Origin: Candidatus Marinacidobacterales bacterium | GTDB taxonomy: Bacteria; Acidobacteriota; Vicinamibacteria; Marinacidobacterales; DATDRI01 | Assembly: GCA_965226495.1 (NCBI GenBank) | Contig: OZ245365.1 | Coordinates: forward strand, 1,824,001 to 1,888,000 | Length of the DNA: 64,000 nt | Direction: 5' to 3' | Shown here: positions 1 through 8,212 of the stretch, piece after piece | Position numbering within the stretch: position 1 is the stretch's first letter | Layout of the letters: each line of letters begins with the position of its first letter | Made by a program: the position numbers and the translations under genes | The notes under the pieces: generated by a model | Databases searched by the model: none | Told to the model about the DNA's origin: nothing | The model's input: the letters and a program-made list of their open reading frames with translations, nothing else

Positions 1-144
1 TTTCACTAGGAAAAAATAGACCACGCCGCCGAGCGGCACAAAGAAGATGATCCAAGGCCAATAACAGGCCTCGCGACGCTTTATGGAGTCCGCCACAAGC
101 CACACCTTGAAGACGAGAACGAGGGCAGGTAACAGACGGATCAT
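1..144 (-). CDS. Partial membrane protein with PLDc_N-like N-terminus (runs off the window)
   Basis: Hand translation from the ATG at 144: MIRLLPALVLVFKVWLVADSIKRREACYWPWIIFFVPLGGVVYFFLVK; two hydrophobic helices with the D..W.WII..P..G..YF pattern. Confidence 0.7.
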   Translation of the reverse strand, partial: MIRLLPALVLVFKVWLVADSIKRREACYWPWIIFFVPLGGVVYFFLVK

Positions 145-282
145 CTTTATTCGGCTAGGCCTTGTCGAACATCGCCGGACGCCACGCCAATTCGACTTTG
201 GATTTTTAATTGGGTTATCTACATTTTTACCATAAAAATTGCATTTGATCTAATGGCAGTGCGTGGGTCCCAACTGGGTGAT

Positions 283-299
283 CTGGCAGGAGATTTGCA
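283..299 (+). promoter_or_regulatory. Sigma-54 (-24/-12) promoter candidate
   Basis: CTGGCAGGAGATTTGCA has GG-N10-GC spacing; upstream AT-rich tract with the inverted repeat ATTTTTA-cca-TAAAAAT at 223-239. Confidence 0.6.
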
Positions 300-389
300 C
301 CTTGGACGCCGTGCCAACCTCGTCAGACCGACCAGAGCACACACACCGCGATACGATATTAGACGGACAATACGGACAGGGGGAAGAGA

Positions 390-875
390 TTGGGGTTACA
401 GGTTCTGATTGCAGGCTGCACGGCCGATGAAAAGTCACGAGTAGATCGCGCCGTCAGAAAAACGATCGGAAATCGTGCCGAAGACGGCCCCTGGAGCATT
501 TCTCTCGTCAAACTCGGTGCCGAGTGGTCGGTAACGATCGACGGGCCGGAGCCTAAATACAAGGGGCTGACGCTTATGGCACCCGAGATCAGTCTTCAGA
601 ATGCCCTGGTCGAGGCTCTCACCAAACCCCGGGTCGGCGCCGATGTGGAAGCGAACGCTCCTCCGCCAGCCGCGGCCGCCTCTTCGTCGTCGGGGACCCG
701 CGACCAACATCAATGCCCGAAGTGTGGGAACGACTTCGTAGTGGTCTACGCGGCGCAACCAGGCGAGAGAACCGCCGATGCACCGGTAGCGTGCCCGCAC
801 TGTTGGCAGGTCACGAAGGTTCCTGTAGCGGCGAGTGCTGCCCAGCACGAGGATTACCGAGCGGAAGCCCTGTAA
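390..875 (+). CDS. Hypothetical protein with C-terminal zinc ribbon
   Basis: 161 aa ORF; Pro/Ala/Ser linker then CPKC...CPHC; purine-rich RBS before the TTG start. Confidence 0.7.
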   Translation: MGLQVLIAGCTADEKSRVDRAVRKTIGNRAEDGPWSISLVKLGAEWSVTIDGPEPKYKGLTLMAPEISLQNALVEALTKPRVGADVEANAPPPAAAASSSSGTRDQHQCPKCGNDFVVVYAAQPGERTADAPVACPHCWQVTKVPVAASAAQHEDYRAEAL

Positions 876-889
876 ATATGGTCTCTTCG

Positions 890-977
890 TCCTGTAATCC
901 CTCTCCTCCGGGAGAGGGCCTAGAAGCCTTCCTCCTGTAATCCCTCTGCCCTCCGGGGAGAGGGCCGGGGTGAGGGG
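890..977. repeat. Tandem REP-like palindromes (CCCTCT..GGAGAGGG type)
   Basis: Two copies starting TCCTGTAATCCCTCT (890 and 933), each followed by GGAGAGGGCC, forming hairpins. Confidence 0.75.
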
Positions 978-1052
978 CGCAGGACACCGGCTTCCCATCC
1001 ATTCTCCGGAATTTTCTGCTGCGGAGGCTGTATGCTTAGTGGGGAGGCCGCG

Positions 1053-1958
1053 ATGACAAGAATCCTATGGACCGCAGTGATCGTCGGCGTTTGCCTGTCT
1101 TGTGGTAGCGCCGACGTGCCGTTTGAAGAGGAGATGGCGGAACAGATCGCGGCGGGGTCGGTCCCGGCAGCCCCGGCACGGACGGGTTTGGCCATGGTCG
1201 CGGCGGAGTCACCCAGGTTGCAGCAAACTCAGCCTCCAGCCACACCCGCCCCGCTTGCAGACAAGCGGAAGATCATCCGCAACGGCTATCTAAACCTGGA
1301 GGTCTCTTCGGTCGAAGAGGCATTAGCCGACATCAAAGCCCTCGTGGACTCCGCGAATGGATACGTCGCGAACGAGTCGGTGAGCCAAGACCAATACGAG
1401 ACCAGGTCAGGCACCATCACCTGTCGCGTTCCATCGGAGCAATTGGACGGGACTCTCGAAGAGCTCAAGAAACTCGGCAAAGTGGAGCACGTCTCCATCA
1501 CCGGAAATGACATCACTGACCAGTATTTTGATCTCGAGATCCGGATGCGCAACCAAAAGGAGCTCGAGGAACGGCTGGTGGCGCTTCTGAAACGTCCATC
1601 CAACAAGCTCGCCGACCTTCTGGCTGCAGAGCGGGAACTGGCTCGTGTCCGAACTGATGTCGACGCGATGGAGGGTCGGAAGAGACTCTGGGACAACCAG
1701 ATCGCCTACTCGACCGTCACCATCAACGTGCGTGAGCCCGGTCCCGCGGTTCAGGGAGGCGGAGTCTTCCGTGCGCTTTGGAGTTCTTTCGGTCGGTCGG
1801 GGGAGAACTTCGTTCTCACCGTTGCCGAGCTCATTGCGCTGACCGGAACTCTCGTGCCTCTAGCAGTAGCGGGTCTATTCGCATTTTGGGGAGGGCGTAG
1901 GCTATGGAGGCGTCGCCGGAAGTCCTCAGATTCTTCGGCCAAGACTGGAGCTAACTGA
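1053..1958 (+). CDS. DUF4349-domain lipoprotein
   Basis: Lipobox-like CLSC; RKIIRNG..LEV; DITDQYFDLE..R; coiled coil; C-terminal TM followed by a basic tail. Confidence 0.85.
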   Translation: MTRILWTAVIVGVCLSCGSADVPFEEEMAEQIAAGSVPAAPARTGLAMVAAESPRLQQTQPPATPAPLADKRKIIRNGYLNLEVSSVEEALADIKALVDSANGYVANESVSQDQYETRSGTITCRVPSEQLDGTLEELKKLGKVEHVSITGNDITDQYFDLEIRMRNQKELEERLVALLKRPSNKLADLLAAERELARVRTDVDAMEGRKRLWDNQIAYSTVTINVREPGPAVQGGGVFRALWSSFGRSGENFVLTVAELIALTGTLVPLAVAGLFAFWGGRRLWRRRRKSSDSSAKTGAN

Positions 1959-1963
1959 CGAAC

Positions 1964-2467
1964 ATGCATATCACCGAGCCCATGACTATGATCACGGACT
2001 ACCTCCTGGCGGGGCAGGCCGTTTTCCTGGCGATGTCTCTTTGGCGGAAGTCTCGCGCGGCGGGGAAGGGCTCGGTCGGTCCTTGGGTGCTCGCGTTTCT
2101 GGTTGCGGCACTGGCCGCCCTAGCCGGCGGGACCTCGCACGGCTTCCGGCTTTATCTCGGCGAAGCGAATTGGTCCATCGTCTGGACGGTCACGGTATGG
2201 TCCATCGGTGCCGGTTCGGTGTTGATGCTGATCGCGGGGCTGCGGTCGGCGCTGCGGCCGGAGACCGACAACCAAGAGCATCGCAAAGTCGGTGTCAGCT
2301 CGCTAAGAAAGGGAATCCTCGTGAGCGCGATCGGCATCACGCTCATGGTAGCCAAGGTCTCCTTTCACAAGCACTTCAACCAGAACGACCTCTACCACGT
2401 TATTCAGATGGTGGGGCTGTTGTACTTCTACCGCGGCGCAGTACTTCTACACGGCTTGGAAGGCTAA
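1964..2467 (+). CDS. Integral membrane protein (DUF6962-like)
   Basis: EPMT..TDY, GG.SHG and FNQNDLYHVIQM motifs; multiple TM segments. Confidence 0.7.
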   Translation: MHITEPMTMITDYLLAGQAVFLAMSLWRKSRAAGKGSVGPWVLAFLVAALAALAGGTSHGFRLYLGEANWSIVWTVTVWSIGAGSVLMLIAGLRSALRPETDNQEHRKVGVSSLRKGILVSAIGITLMVAKVSFHKHFNQNDLYHVIQMVGLLYFYRGAVLLHGLEG

Positions 2468-2500
2468 AAAAAAGCCCGGGCCACAACCAGTGACCCGGGC
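2466..2500 (-). terminator. Intrinsic terminator of the radical SAM gene
   Basis: GCCCGGG/CCCGGGC stem (2474-2480/2494-2500) with an A8 tract on + (U tract on -), between convergent genes. Confidence 0.75.
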
Positions 2501-2517
2501 ACCGAGAGCGGGATTAG

Positions 2518-3801
2518 CTAGAAGCTACCGCTCACACCCTTAAAGCCGCGCATGGCTTGCTTGGCGCCCCACCACAGCACCCGCCGCGTGTTGTAACAGA
2601 ATCCCAGGATGTAGTTGCAGGTGGACAAGCAGCGCTTCGTGCACTCCTCTTTCATCTCGTCGAGCTGCTGGTGATCGAATTTGGGATTCCCCACGGTACC
2701 CCAGTCGTGGCTTGCGGAGTACATCGGGAAGCAAGGTGCGAGCGTTCCCTCCGGGCGAATGATCAGCATGTTGTGGCCGGCGCGGCAGTTCCAGCGCTGC
2801 TTCACTTCACCACGCATGAGGTTCTTCATCTCACGAAGATGCGAGAGCGGGTTCACGATCCTCTGGCCGCCCTCGTGCCTTTCGATGATCCAATCGAGCA
2901 AGTCGTCTACTTTCTCGTAGTCTTCCGGCCGCAGATAGGTCTCGTTGACTTCGAGATGCTTGAAGTGGTCTTGCTGGATCATGGGAGCCTCGTTGATGTG
3001 GAAGTCAATCGAGATATTGTGCTCCTCGGCGATGTGCGTCAGCTTGACGACGTCATCCATATTATTACGGCAGATATTGGTGTTGATCGCGACGGTGTAG
3101 CCGTAACGGTGCTGCCGCTTCAGCATATAGTCGAAGTGGTCGCGTATGGGATCGAGCGCCTTGGGTAGCGAGGGCTTCACGGCCACGCTATCGATGGCTA
3201 GATTGATGGCGGCCAACCCGGCATCACCTACCTTGTCGATGACCTCCGGGCGCATCAAGCGGCCGTTGGTCGGCAGGTAAACGAAGAAACCTTTCTTTGC
3301 GGCATAGTCCGTGACCTTGTGAACGAAGTCCGGTCGCAGGAGAGGCTCACCACCCATCAAGGCGAGAACCCGATTGCCCATGGACTCGAGCCAGTCGATG
3401 GAGTGTCGGGCGGTCTCTTCCGTCATGCCTTTGACGGCGTTGTTGTAGGCCCAGCAGTAATGGCAATCCAGGTTGCACTTATAGTCAGTGAACAAATACG
3501 CGATGATGGGGCGGAGCTCCTTGCTGTTCTTGGGCGAGCGCGACGCAAAGTATGACTTGCCCCACGAGTGCCATGTCCGCATGGCGTTCGTCCTTTGGTA
3601 CTCGGTCTTCGTGGGATCGGTCTCGTCCGAATAAGCTCGCTGAGGGTAGACCGGCTCAGGCAGTTTCTGACCAGGAGAAACAGGCTGTGACACCTCGCTG
3701 CCCTTTGGCTCTGTCAAAATGTCATGGAGCTTCACATCGATACGATAGGGTTCCGCGGTCGCTGTCGCGCCAGTCTGCTGTCCAGTTTGCTCTTCCGCCA
3801 A
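2518..3801 (-). CDS. Radical SAM protein with twitch/SPASM-like C-terminus
   Basis: CNLDCHYC, GGEP and TNG motifs; C-terminal CRAG..I.PEG..APC..C...C...C. Confidence 0.9.
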   Translation of the reverse strand: MAEEQTGQQTGATATAEPYRIDVKLHDILTEPKGSEVSQPVSPGQKLPEPVYPQRAYSDETDPTKTEYQRTNAMRTWHSWGKSYFASRSPKNSKELRPIIAYLFTDYKCNLDCHYCWAYNNAVKGMTEETARHSIDWLESMGNRVLALMGGEPLLRPDFVHKVTDYAAKKGFFVYLPTNGRLMRPEVIDKVGDAGLAAINLAIDSVAVKPSLPKALDPIRDHFDYMLKRQHRYGYTVAINTNICRNNMDDVVKLTHIAEEHNISIDFHINEAPMIQQDHFKHLEVNETYLRPEDYEKVDDLLDWIIERHEGGQRIVNPLSHLREMKNLMRGEVKQRWNCRAGHNMLIIRPEGTLAPCFPMYSASHDWGTVGNPKFDHQQLDEMKEECTKRCLSTCNYILGFCYNTRRVLWWGAKQAMRGFKGVSGSF

Positions 3802-3989
3802 TCTATACGATCTCCTTGTATTGCTATCCTTAAGGGCCAGCCTCGGGCCAACCCACCTGAACTCGATATATTAAACTAAATTTAGCCTGCATGGCAAAAT
3901 TAACCTTCTTAGAAAGGTCACATTTAAGCGCCTGGATTTGCGTGTTTTGTTCGCTTCCGGCCCAATGACATGCGTTGGGGTCTAGTTTG

Positions 3990-5411
3990 CTACTCCGACG
4001 AGAACGCCTTAATCAAGTCGTACCAATAGTCTACGGCGTCATTGAAGGCATCTACCGCGACCCTCTCGTCCTGGCCATGCGCCCGCGAATCGTCAGGGTC
4101 CTCGAAAATGGCCCCGATTCCATAGGTCGGTACACCCGCCCTTCGGACATACATCCCATCGGTGGCGCCGGTCTCCATGACCGGGACCACCGGAACCCCC
4201 GGGAAGTGTTTGGCGGCGAGGCGCTCGATGGTGTCGACGACCCTCGGCGAAAGGGGTGATGGCGGGCTAGGCGTCGCCTCGCCGAGGCGCGTAATCACGA
4301 TTTGCTCATCACCCACCACCCGGGTGAGCGTGCGTTCGACTTCATCGACCGACTCGCCGGGGAGTATGCGGCAGTTCACAACGGCTCGCGCGGTTTGGGG
4401 TAATGCGTTCTCGGCGTGTCCCGCCGACAACATCGTGGCCACGCAGGTCGTTCGCAGCATGGCGTTGTAATAGGGAGATGTCGACAACCGGGCAACAGCG
4501 GCAGGATCGAGAGGCACTTGCAGAACTGCCTTCATGTCTTCCACCACGGGGTCGAACGATTGCTCGGCAGACTTCTGGAAGAAGGCCCTTGTCACGTCAT
4601 TGAGCACCACTGGGAATCTAAACTCTGCGAGTCTTGTCAAAGCTGCGGCAAGACGATAAATGGCGTTGTCTTCAGTAGGGCGCGAGCTATGCCCCCCCTT
4701 GTTGGTGACCTCGAGTCGAAAGCTCAAATAGATTTTCTCGCTGGCTTGGAGCGAGAGCCTTGTTCTTTTTCCGTTACCGAGGGTCCCGAAGCCGGCATCG
4801 GTATTCAACGCGAGCTCCGCCTTCGCAAGGTCTTGGGGTGGTTGCATGAGCCAACGGATTCCGTTCTGCGTCGATTCCTCGTCCCCGGTAATCACCATGA
4901 TCAGCTCGCGGTCCGGAACGAATCCTTCTTGTCTGAGGCGAATGAAGATCGCCACCAACTTGGCGACGCCCTCTTTGTTATCGGTGGTGCCGCGGCCATA
5001 GAGGAAGCCGTCCTGCTCGGTCAGCGCGAACGGATCCATCGACCAGTCTTCGCGGAGTGCGTCGACGACGTCGAGGTGGGCAAGAAGAAGTAGCGGGCCA
5101 CGGTCGGATCGGTTTCCCCGCCAGTGCACGACCAGATTGCCCGGGCTGTCTGCTGGTCCGACGACCCGGACATCATCCGACGGGAAGCCCGCGTCCCTCA
5201 AGCGAGTCGCCAGGGCTTCGGCTGCTCTTACGCTGTTACCCGTTCCGGCCACGGTGCGTAGGGCCACCAACTCTGCCAACACTTCCCGGGCGAACCGGTG
5301 GAGATCGTCCGACTGGGCGCTGGAAGCGACTGCGGTGGGCAGAGAGGAGAGCATTAAAACCATTGCTGTAGCCGCCGCAAGACCCCCACCTACGCTGTTG
5401 ATTGCTTTCAT
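3990..5411 (-). CDS. Secreted M20/M28 family metallopeptidase
   Basis: HLDVV, GRGTTDNK, DEE, GGHSS and HGQDER motifs; signal peptide after MKAINS (start 5411). Confidence 0.9.
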   Translation of the reverse strand: MKAINSVGGGLAAATAMVLMLSSLPTAVASSAQSDDLHRFAREVLAELVALRTVAGTGNSVRAAEALATRLRDAGFPSDDVRVVGPADSPGNLVVHWRGNRSDRGPLLLLAHLDVVDALREDWSMDPFALTEQDGFLYGRGTTDNKEGVAKLVAIFIRLRQEGFVPDRELIMVITGDEESTQNGIRWLMQPPQDLAKAELALNTDAGFGTLGNGKRTRLSLQASEKIYLSFRLEVTNKGGHSSRPTEDNAIYRLAAALTRLAEFRFPVVLNDVTRAFFQKSAEQSFDPVVEDMKAVLQVPLDPAAVARLSTSPYYNAMLRTTCVATMLSAGHAENALPQTARAVVNCRILPGESVDEVERTLTRVVGDEQIVITRLGEATPSPPSPLSPRVVDTIERLAAKHFPGVPVVPVMETGATDGMYVRRAGVPTYGIGAIFEDPDDSRAHGQDERVAVDAFNDAVDYWYDLIKAFSSE

Positions 5412-5666
5412 CGGGCAACGGCTTCGGCGCGGCCTCGCCGGAGCCTTGCGTCCGCCTCCGCCATCGATTTGCCTAAGGCTACAGCGGGACCTGGCCATAG
5501 CCGGTGATTTCTGGGGCAACGTCACCGGCGAAGGCCGGAAGGCGGGCGTCGCGTTCACTCTTAGTCTCAATGAATCCTGCCTCTGATAGGGTCTATTCTA
5601 TGCGATGACGGAACGGCTTGCGCACCGAGCCTCTATGCGATAAATCTCAAGCAGGAGGTCTCTCTC

Positions 5667-6031
5667 GTGAAGATGACAGTCAAGCGTTTCGATTCCCCGG
5701 ACGGCAGCCGAATTTTCTCGAAGGGGAAGTTCGAGCTCTCTCCACGGGCGGTACGACGGTGGGAAGGGCTAGCTATGCGCCGGGCTGGAAGTGGTCCGAG
5801 CACGTCGGCCCTTCGGTCGGCGAAAAGAGCTGCAAGGTCGAGCACGTCTGCATGGTGGTATCGGGACGTGCCATGATCGCGATGGACGACGGCACCAAAG
5901 CGGAAGTCGGGCCCGGCGACGTGTTTTATGTCCCACCCGGACACGATAGCTGGGTGCTGGGGGACGAGCCCTACGTCTCCCTCCACTTCCTCGGGTCGGA
6001 GCACTACGCTGAGCAGAGCTCCGGCCAGTGA
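5667..6031 (+). pseudogene. Cupin-domain protein with one frameshift
   Basis: N-terminus MKMTVKRFDSPD..FSKGKFEL after a GGAGG RBS is in one frame; PGWKWSEHV..C.VEH..PPGHDSWV is in another; shift near 5738. Confidence 0.75.
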
Positions 6032-6073
6032 CGTTTCTGACCGCGGACCTAGCCGATACCTTTTGCACGCTGA

Positions 6074-6355
6074 GGCGAGTACGCCAATCACACGTTTTCA
6101 CAACGGTTCGGCTACCCGCCGGCTTTCATCTATTCGATCTGCGCGGTGCAGCTGGTCTGCTCGATAGGCATTCTCGTGCGTCCCCTCGTGTCGTGGGCAG
6201 CGGCAGCGCTCACCGTTATCACGCTCGGCGCGATCGCCTCACATCTGAGGATCGGGTCACCCGAGACCGCGCCGGTTGCGATCGTTTACACCGCAGTCCA
6301 GGTGTGGTTCGGGCTCGAGAGTCGCGCTAAAAAGCTTGGCGCCGCTGACCGCTGA
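6074..6355 (+). pseudogene. DoxX-like membrane protein fragment
   Basis: FGYPPAFIYSICAVQ..GAIASHL motif; in-frame stops at 6050 and 6071, so no intact N-terminus. Confidence 0.5.
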
Positions 6356-6375
6356 GTTCGACTTCGTTTTCGCAA

Positions 6376-6729
6376 TCAACGCTCCACGAGCGCGGCTAGC
6401 ATTCGCTTCAAGGCCACGTGCCGATAGCTCGCCAACATCAGGCGCTCGACCTCGGCCCAGTCGACTTTGCCGCCCACCTTCAGGGAAGTCCATCCGTGTT
6501 TGCCGACGTAGGGCGCCACGAAAAAGCGGGTTTCCTTACACAGCCGGCGTTGCTCCGCACGCGTGGCTTTGAAACAGATCGTCAGGTCGCCGTGATATTC
6601 CTCGACGACGGCGAAGGTCTTCTTGCCGGCTTGAAACGTGGGGTGACCGAAGGTCTTGGTTTCCCGAACCTCGGGAAGGGGGAGGCAGAACTTTCTTAGC
6701 TTAGTAAGGACCTGTTTTTCCGTGGCCAT
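6376..6729 (-). CDS. MmcQ/YjbR family protein
   Basis: FGHPTF..KKTFA, APYVGKHGW and SYRHVA motifs. Confidence 0.85.
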   Translation of the reverse strand: MATEKQVLTKLRKFCLPLPEVRETKTFGHPTFQAGKKTFAVVEEYHGDLTICFKATRAEQRRLCKETRFFVAPYVGKHGWTSLKVGGKVDWAEVERLMLASYRHVALKRMLAALVER

Positions 6730-6731
6730 CG

Positions 6732-7094
6732 CTATTTCTTCCTTCGCGCCGGCTGTGGACGGCGTTTCTTCGATGGTGCCTCGGCGCCGAACCAGTGGAG
6801 CCATTCCCCGGTCACCGATTGTAGTCTCCGCTTGTTTAGATGGTAGATACGCTCACGCCCACGCCGTTCGACATCGACCAGCCCCGCGCCCTCGAGCTCT
6901 CGCAGGTGCCGGGTCGTCGTCGGCCAGCGACAAGAGAAGCGTTGGGCGATCTCTCCTGCCGTCATCTCGCCGCCACGAAACCTAAGTACCAGCAAGATGT
7001 GTCGTCGCGAAGCATGCGCCAGGGCCCGGAAGACGGCGTCGGTATCGGCGAGTCGGGCCTGCGCGGTTCTAGTGGAGCTCGACCCGCTCGACAT
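6732..7094 (-). CDS. ArsR/SmtB family transcriptional regulator
   Basis: VFRALAHASRRHIL..TAGEIA..TRHLRELEGAGLV..GRERIY; start uncertain. Confidence 0.9.
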   Translation of the reverse strand: MSSGSSSTRTAQARLADTDAVFRALAHASRRHILLVLRFRGGEMTAGEIAQRFSCRWPTTTRHLRELEGAGLVDVERRGRERIYHLNKRRLQSVTGEWLHWFGAEAPSKKRRPQPARRKK

Positions 7095-7398
7095 GGGGGA
7101 ACTCCATGGACGGCCGCCCACCTCGGTCGGCGCAATGTTTACCCATCGGCTCCCAGATCGCCATGACCTCGGGAAGCTGGTGGGCGGTGTCGACCGCGGC
7201 CTGATCTCGCCACGCAAAAACCTCTACGTAAAACGGCTCCGCGCCTTCGTCCTCTCCGCGAAAGATGAGAGGGGGTTCGTCGGTGGCGAGGTTGTGCTCC
7301 CGTAGCGTGGGCCAGTGTTTCGCGAGGTGCCCTCGAAAGGCGTCTTCTTCTCCCTTTTTAACTCGATACGTGGCGATGACGGTTATCGGTTTGGACAT
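7069..7398 (-). CDS. Dimeric alpha+beta barrel (ABM-like) protein
   Basis: VIATYRVKKG.E..F, EVFAW and AHQLPEV..IW pattern; AAGGAG RBS. Confidence 0.65.
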   Translation of the reverse strand: MSKPITVIATYRVKKGEEDAFRGHLAKHWPTLREHNLATDEPPLIFRGEDEGAEPFYVEVFAWRDQAAVDTAHQLPEVMAIWEPMGKHCADRGGRPSMEFPHVERVELH

Positions 7399-7412
7399 GA
7401 CATTCTCCTTAA

Positions 7413-7468
7413 TTAGCCATTTAGCTAAGTATTAGTCAAATATTAACCAGGTCGCCCTCCGGTTGCAA
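7413..7468 (-). promoter_or_regulatory. Sigma-70 promoter with putative ArsR operator
   Basis: On -: TTGCAA (7468-7463), N17, TAATAT (7445-7440); palindrome TTAGC-N6-GCTAA at 7413-7428 next to the RBS. Confidence 0.65.
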
Positions 7469-7547
7469 GTCTTTTTTGTGATTCGCCCCGCCGAAGCCTA
7501 GACGTCAGTTGTGGCTCTTGGGAATCGTCCCCCAGGGGCGGGAACGG

Positions 7548-7575
7548 TTGACAGACGTCTCATTTGTAGTAGTCT
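7548..7575 (+). promoter_or_regulatory. Sigma-70 promoter of the cox cluster
   Basis: TTGACA (7548-7553), N16, TAGTCT (7570-7575). Confidence 0.55.
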
Positions 7576-7735
7576 CAACGACGCCAAACACGCCAGCCGT
7601 AAGAGCTTGGCGCTCTGAGGGGTTCCCAAGCTCCCGCCGTTAGACGGGAGGAAGTAAGTTGCCATCGGTAACCCCTCGCGGGCGAGAGCCTTCTCGCGGC
7701 GGCTCGAAAACTCATTCGCTAGCGGAGGCACTCAT

Positions 7736-8212
7736 ATGAAAGAGGCGTTGTCCATCACAGTAAATGGGGCGGGCCGCTCTCACGAAGTCGAGCCACGCAC
7801 GCTGCTCGTGCACTACCTCCGGGATGTGCTCGGACTGACCGGCACCAACGTCGGTTGCGACACCAGCCAATGCGGCGCCTGTACGGTGCTGATGGACGGT
7901 ATGGCCGTCAAGTCTTGCACCGTGCTCGCGCTACAGGCCGACGGCAGCGACATCACTACCATCGAGGGACTCGCCACCAACGGCAAGCTTCATCCACTAC
8001 AAGAGGCGTTTTGGGAGCACCACGGTTTGCAATGCGGATACTGCACTCCCGGAATGATCATGACCGCGCTCGAGCTCCTCAAGCGCAACCCGAAGGCAAG
8101 CGAAGAAGATATCCGGGCCGGCCTGGAAGGTAACGTGTGCCGCTGTACCGGCTATCAGAAGATCGTGCAGTCGATTGCATCGGCGGCAGTCGGTAAGAAG
8201 GGAGGCGCCTGA
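7736..8212 (+). CDS. coxS: Molybdo-hydroxylase small [2Fe-2S] subunit
   Basis: [19 protein letters not shown] and CRCTGY motifs. Confidence 0.95.
   Translation: MKEALSITVNGAGRSHEVEPRTLLVHYLRDVLGLTGTNVGCDTSQCGACTVLMDGMAVKSCTVLALQADGSDITTIEGLATNGKLHPLQEAFWEHHGLQCGYCTPGMIMTALELLKRNPKASEEDIRAGLEGNVCRCTGYQKIVQSIASAAVGKKGGA

Noticed and set aside
6071-6073. In-frame TGA before the DoxX-like fragment as Sec
   Set aside because: Another stop lies at 6050 in the same frame, there is no start in between, and the position is not a recognisable Cys site.
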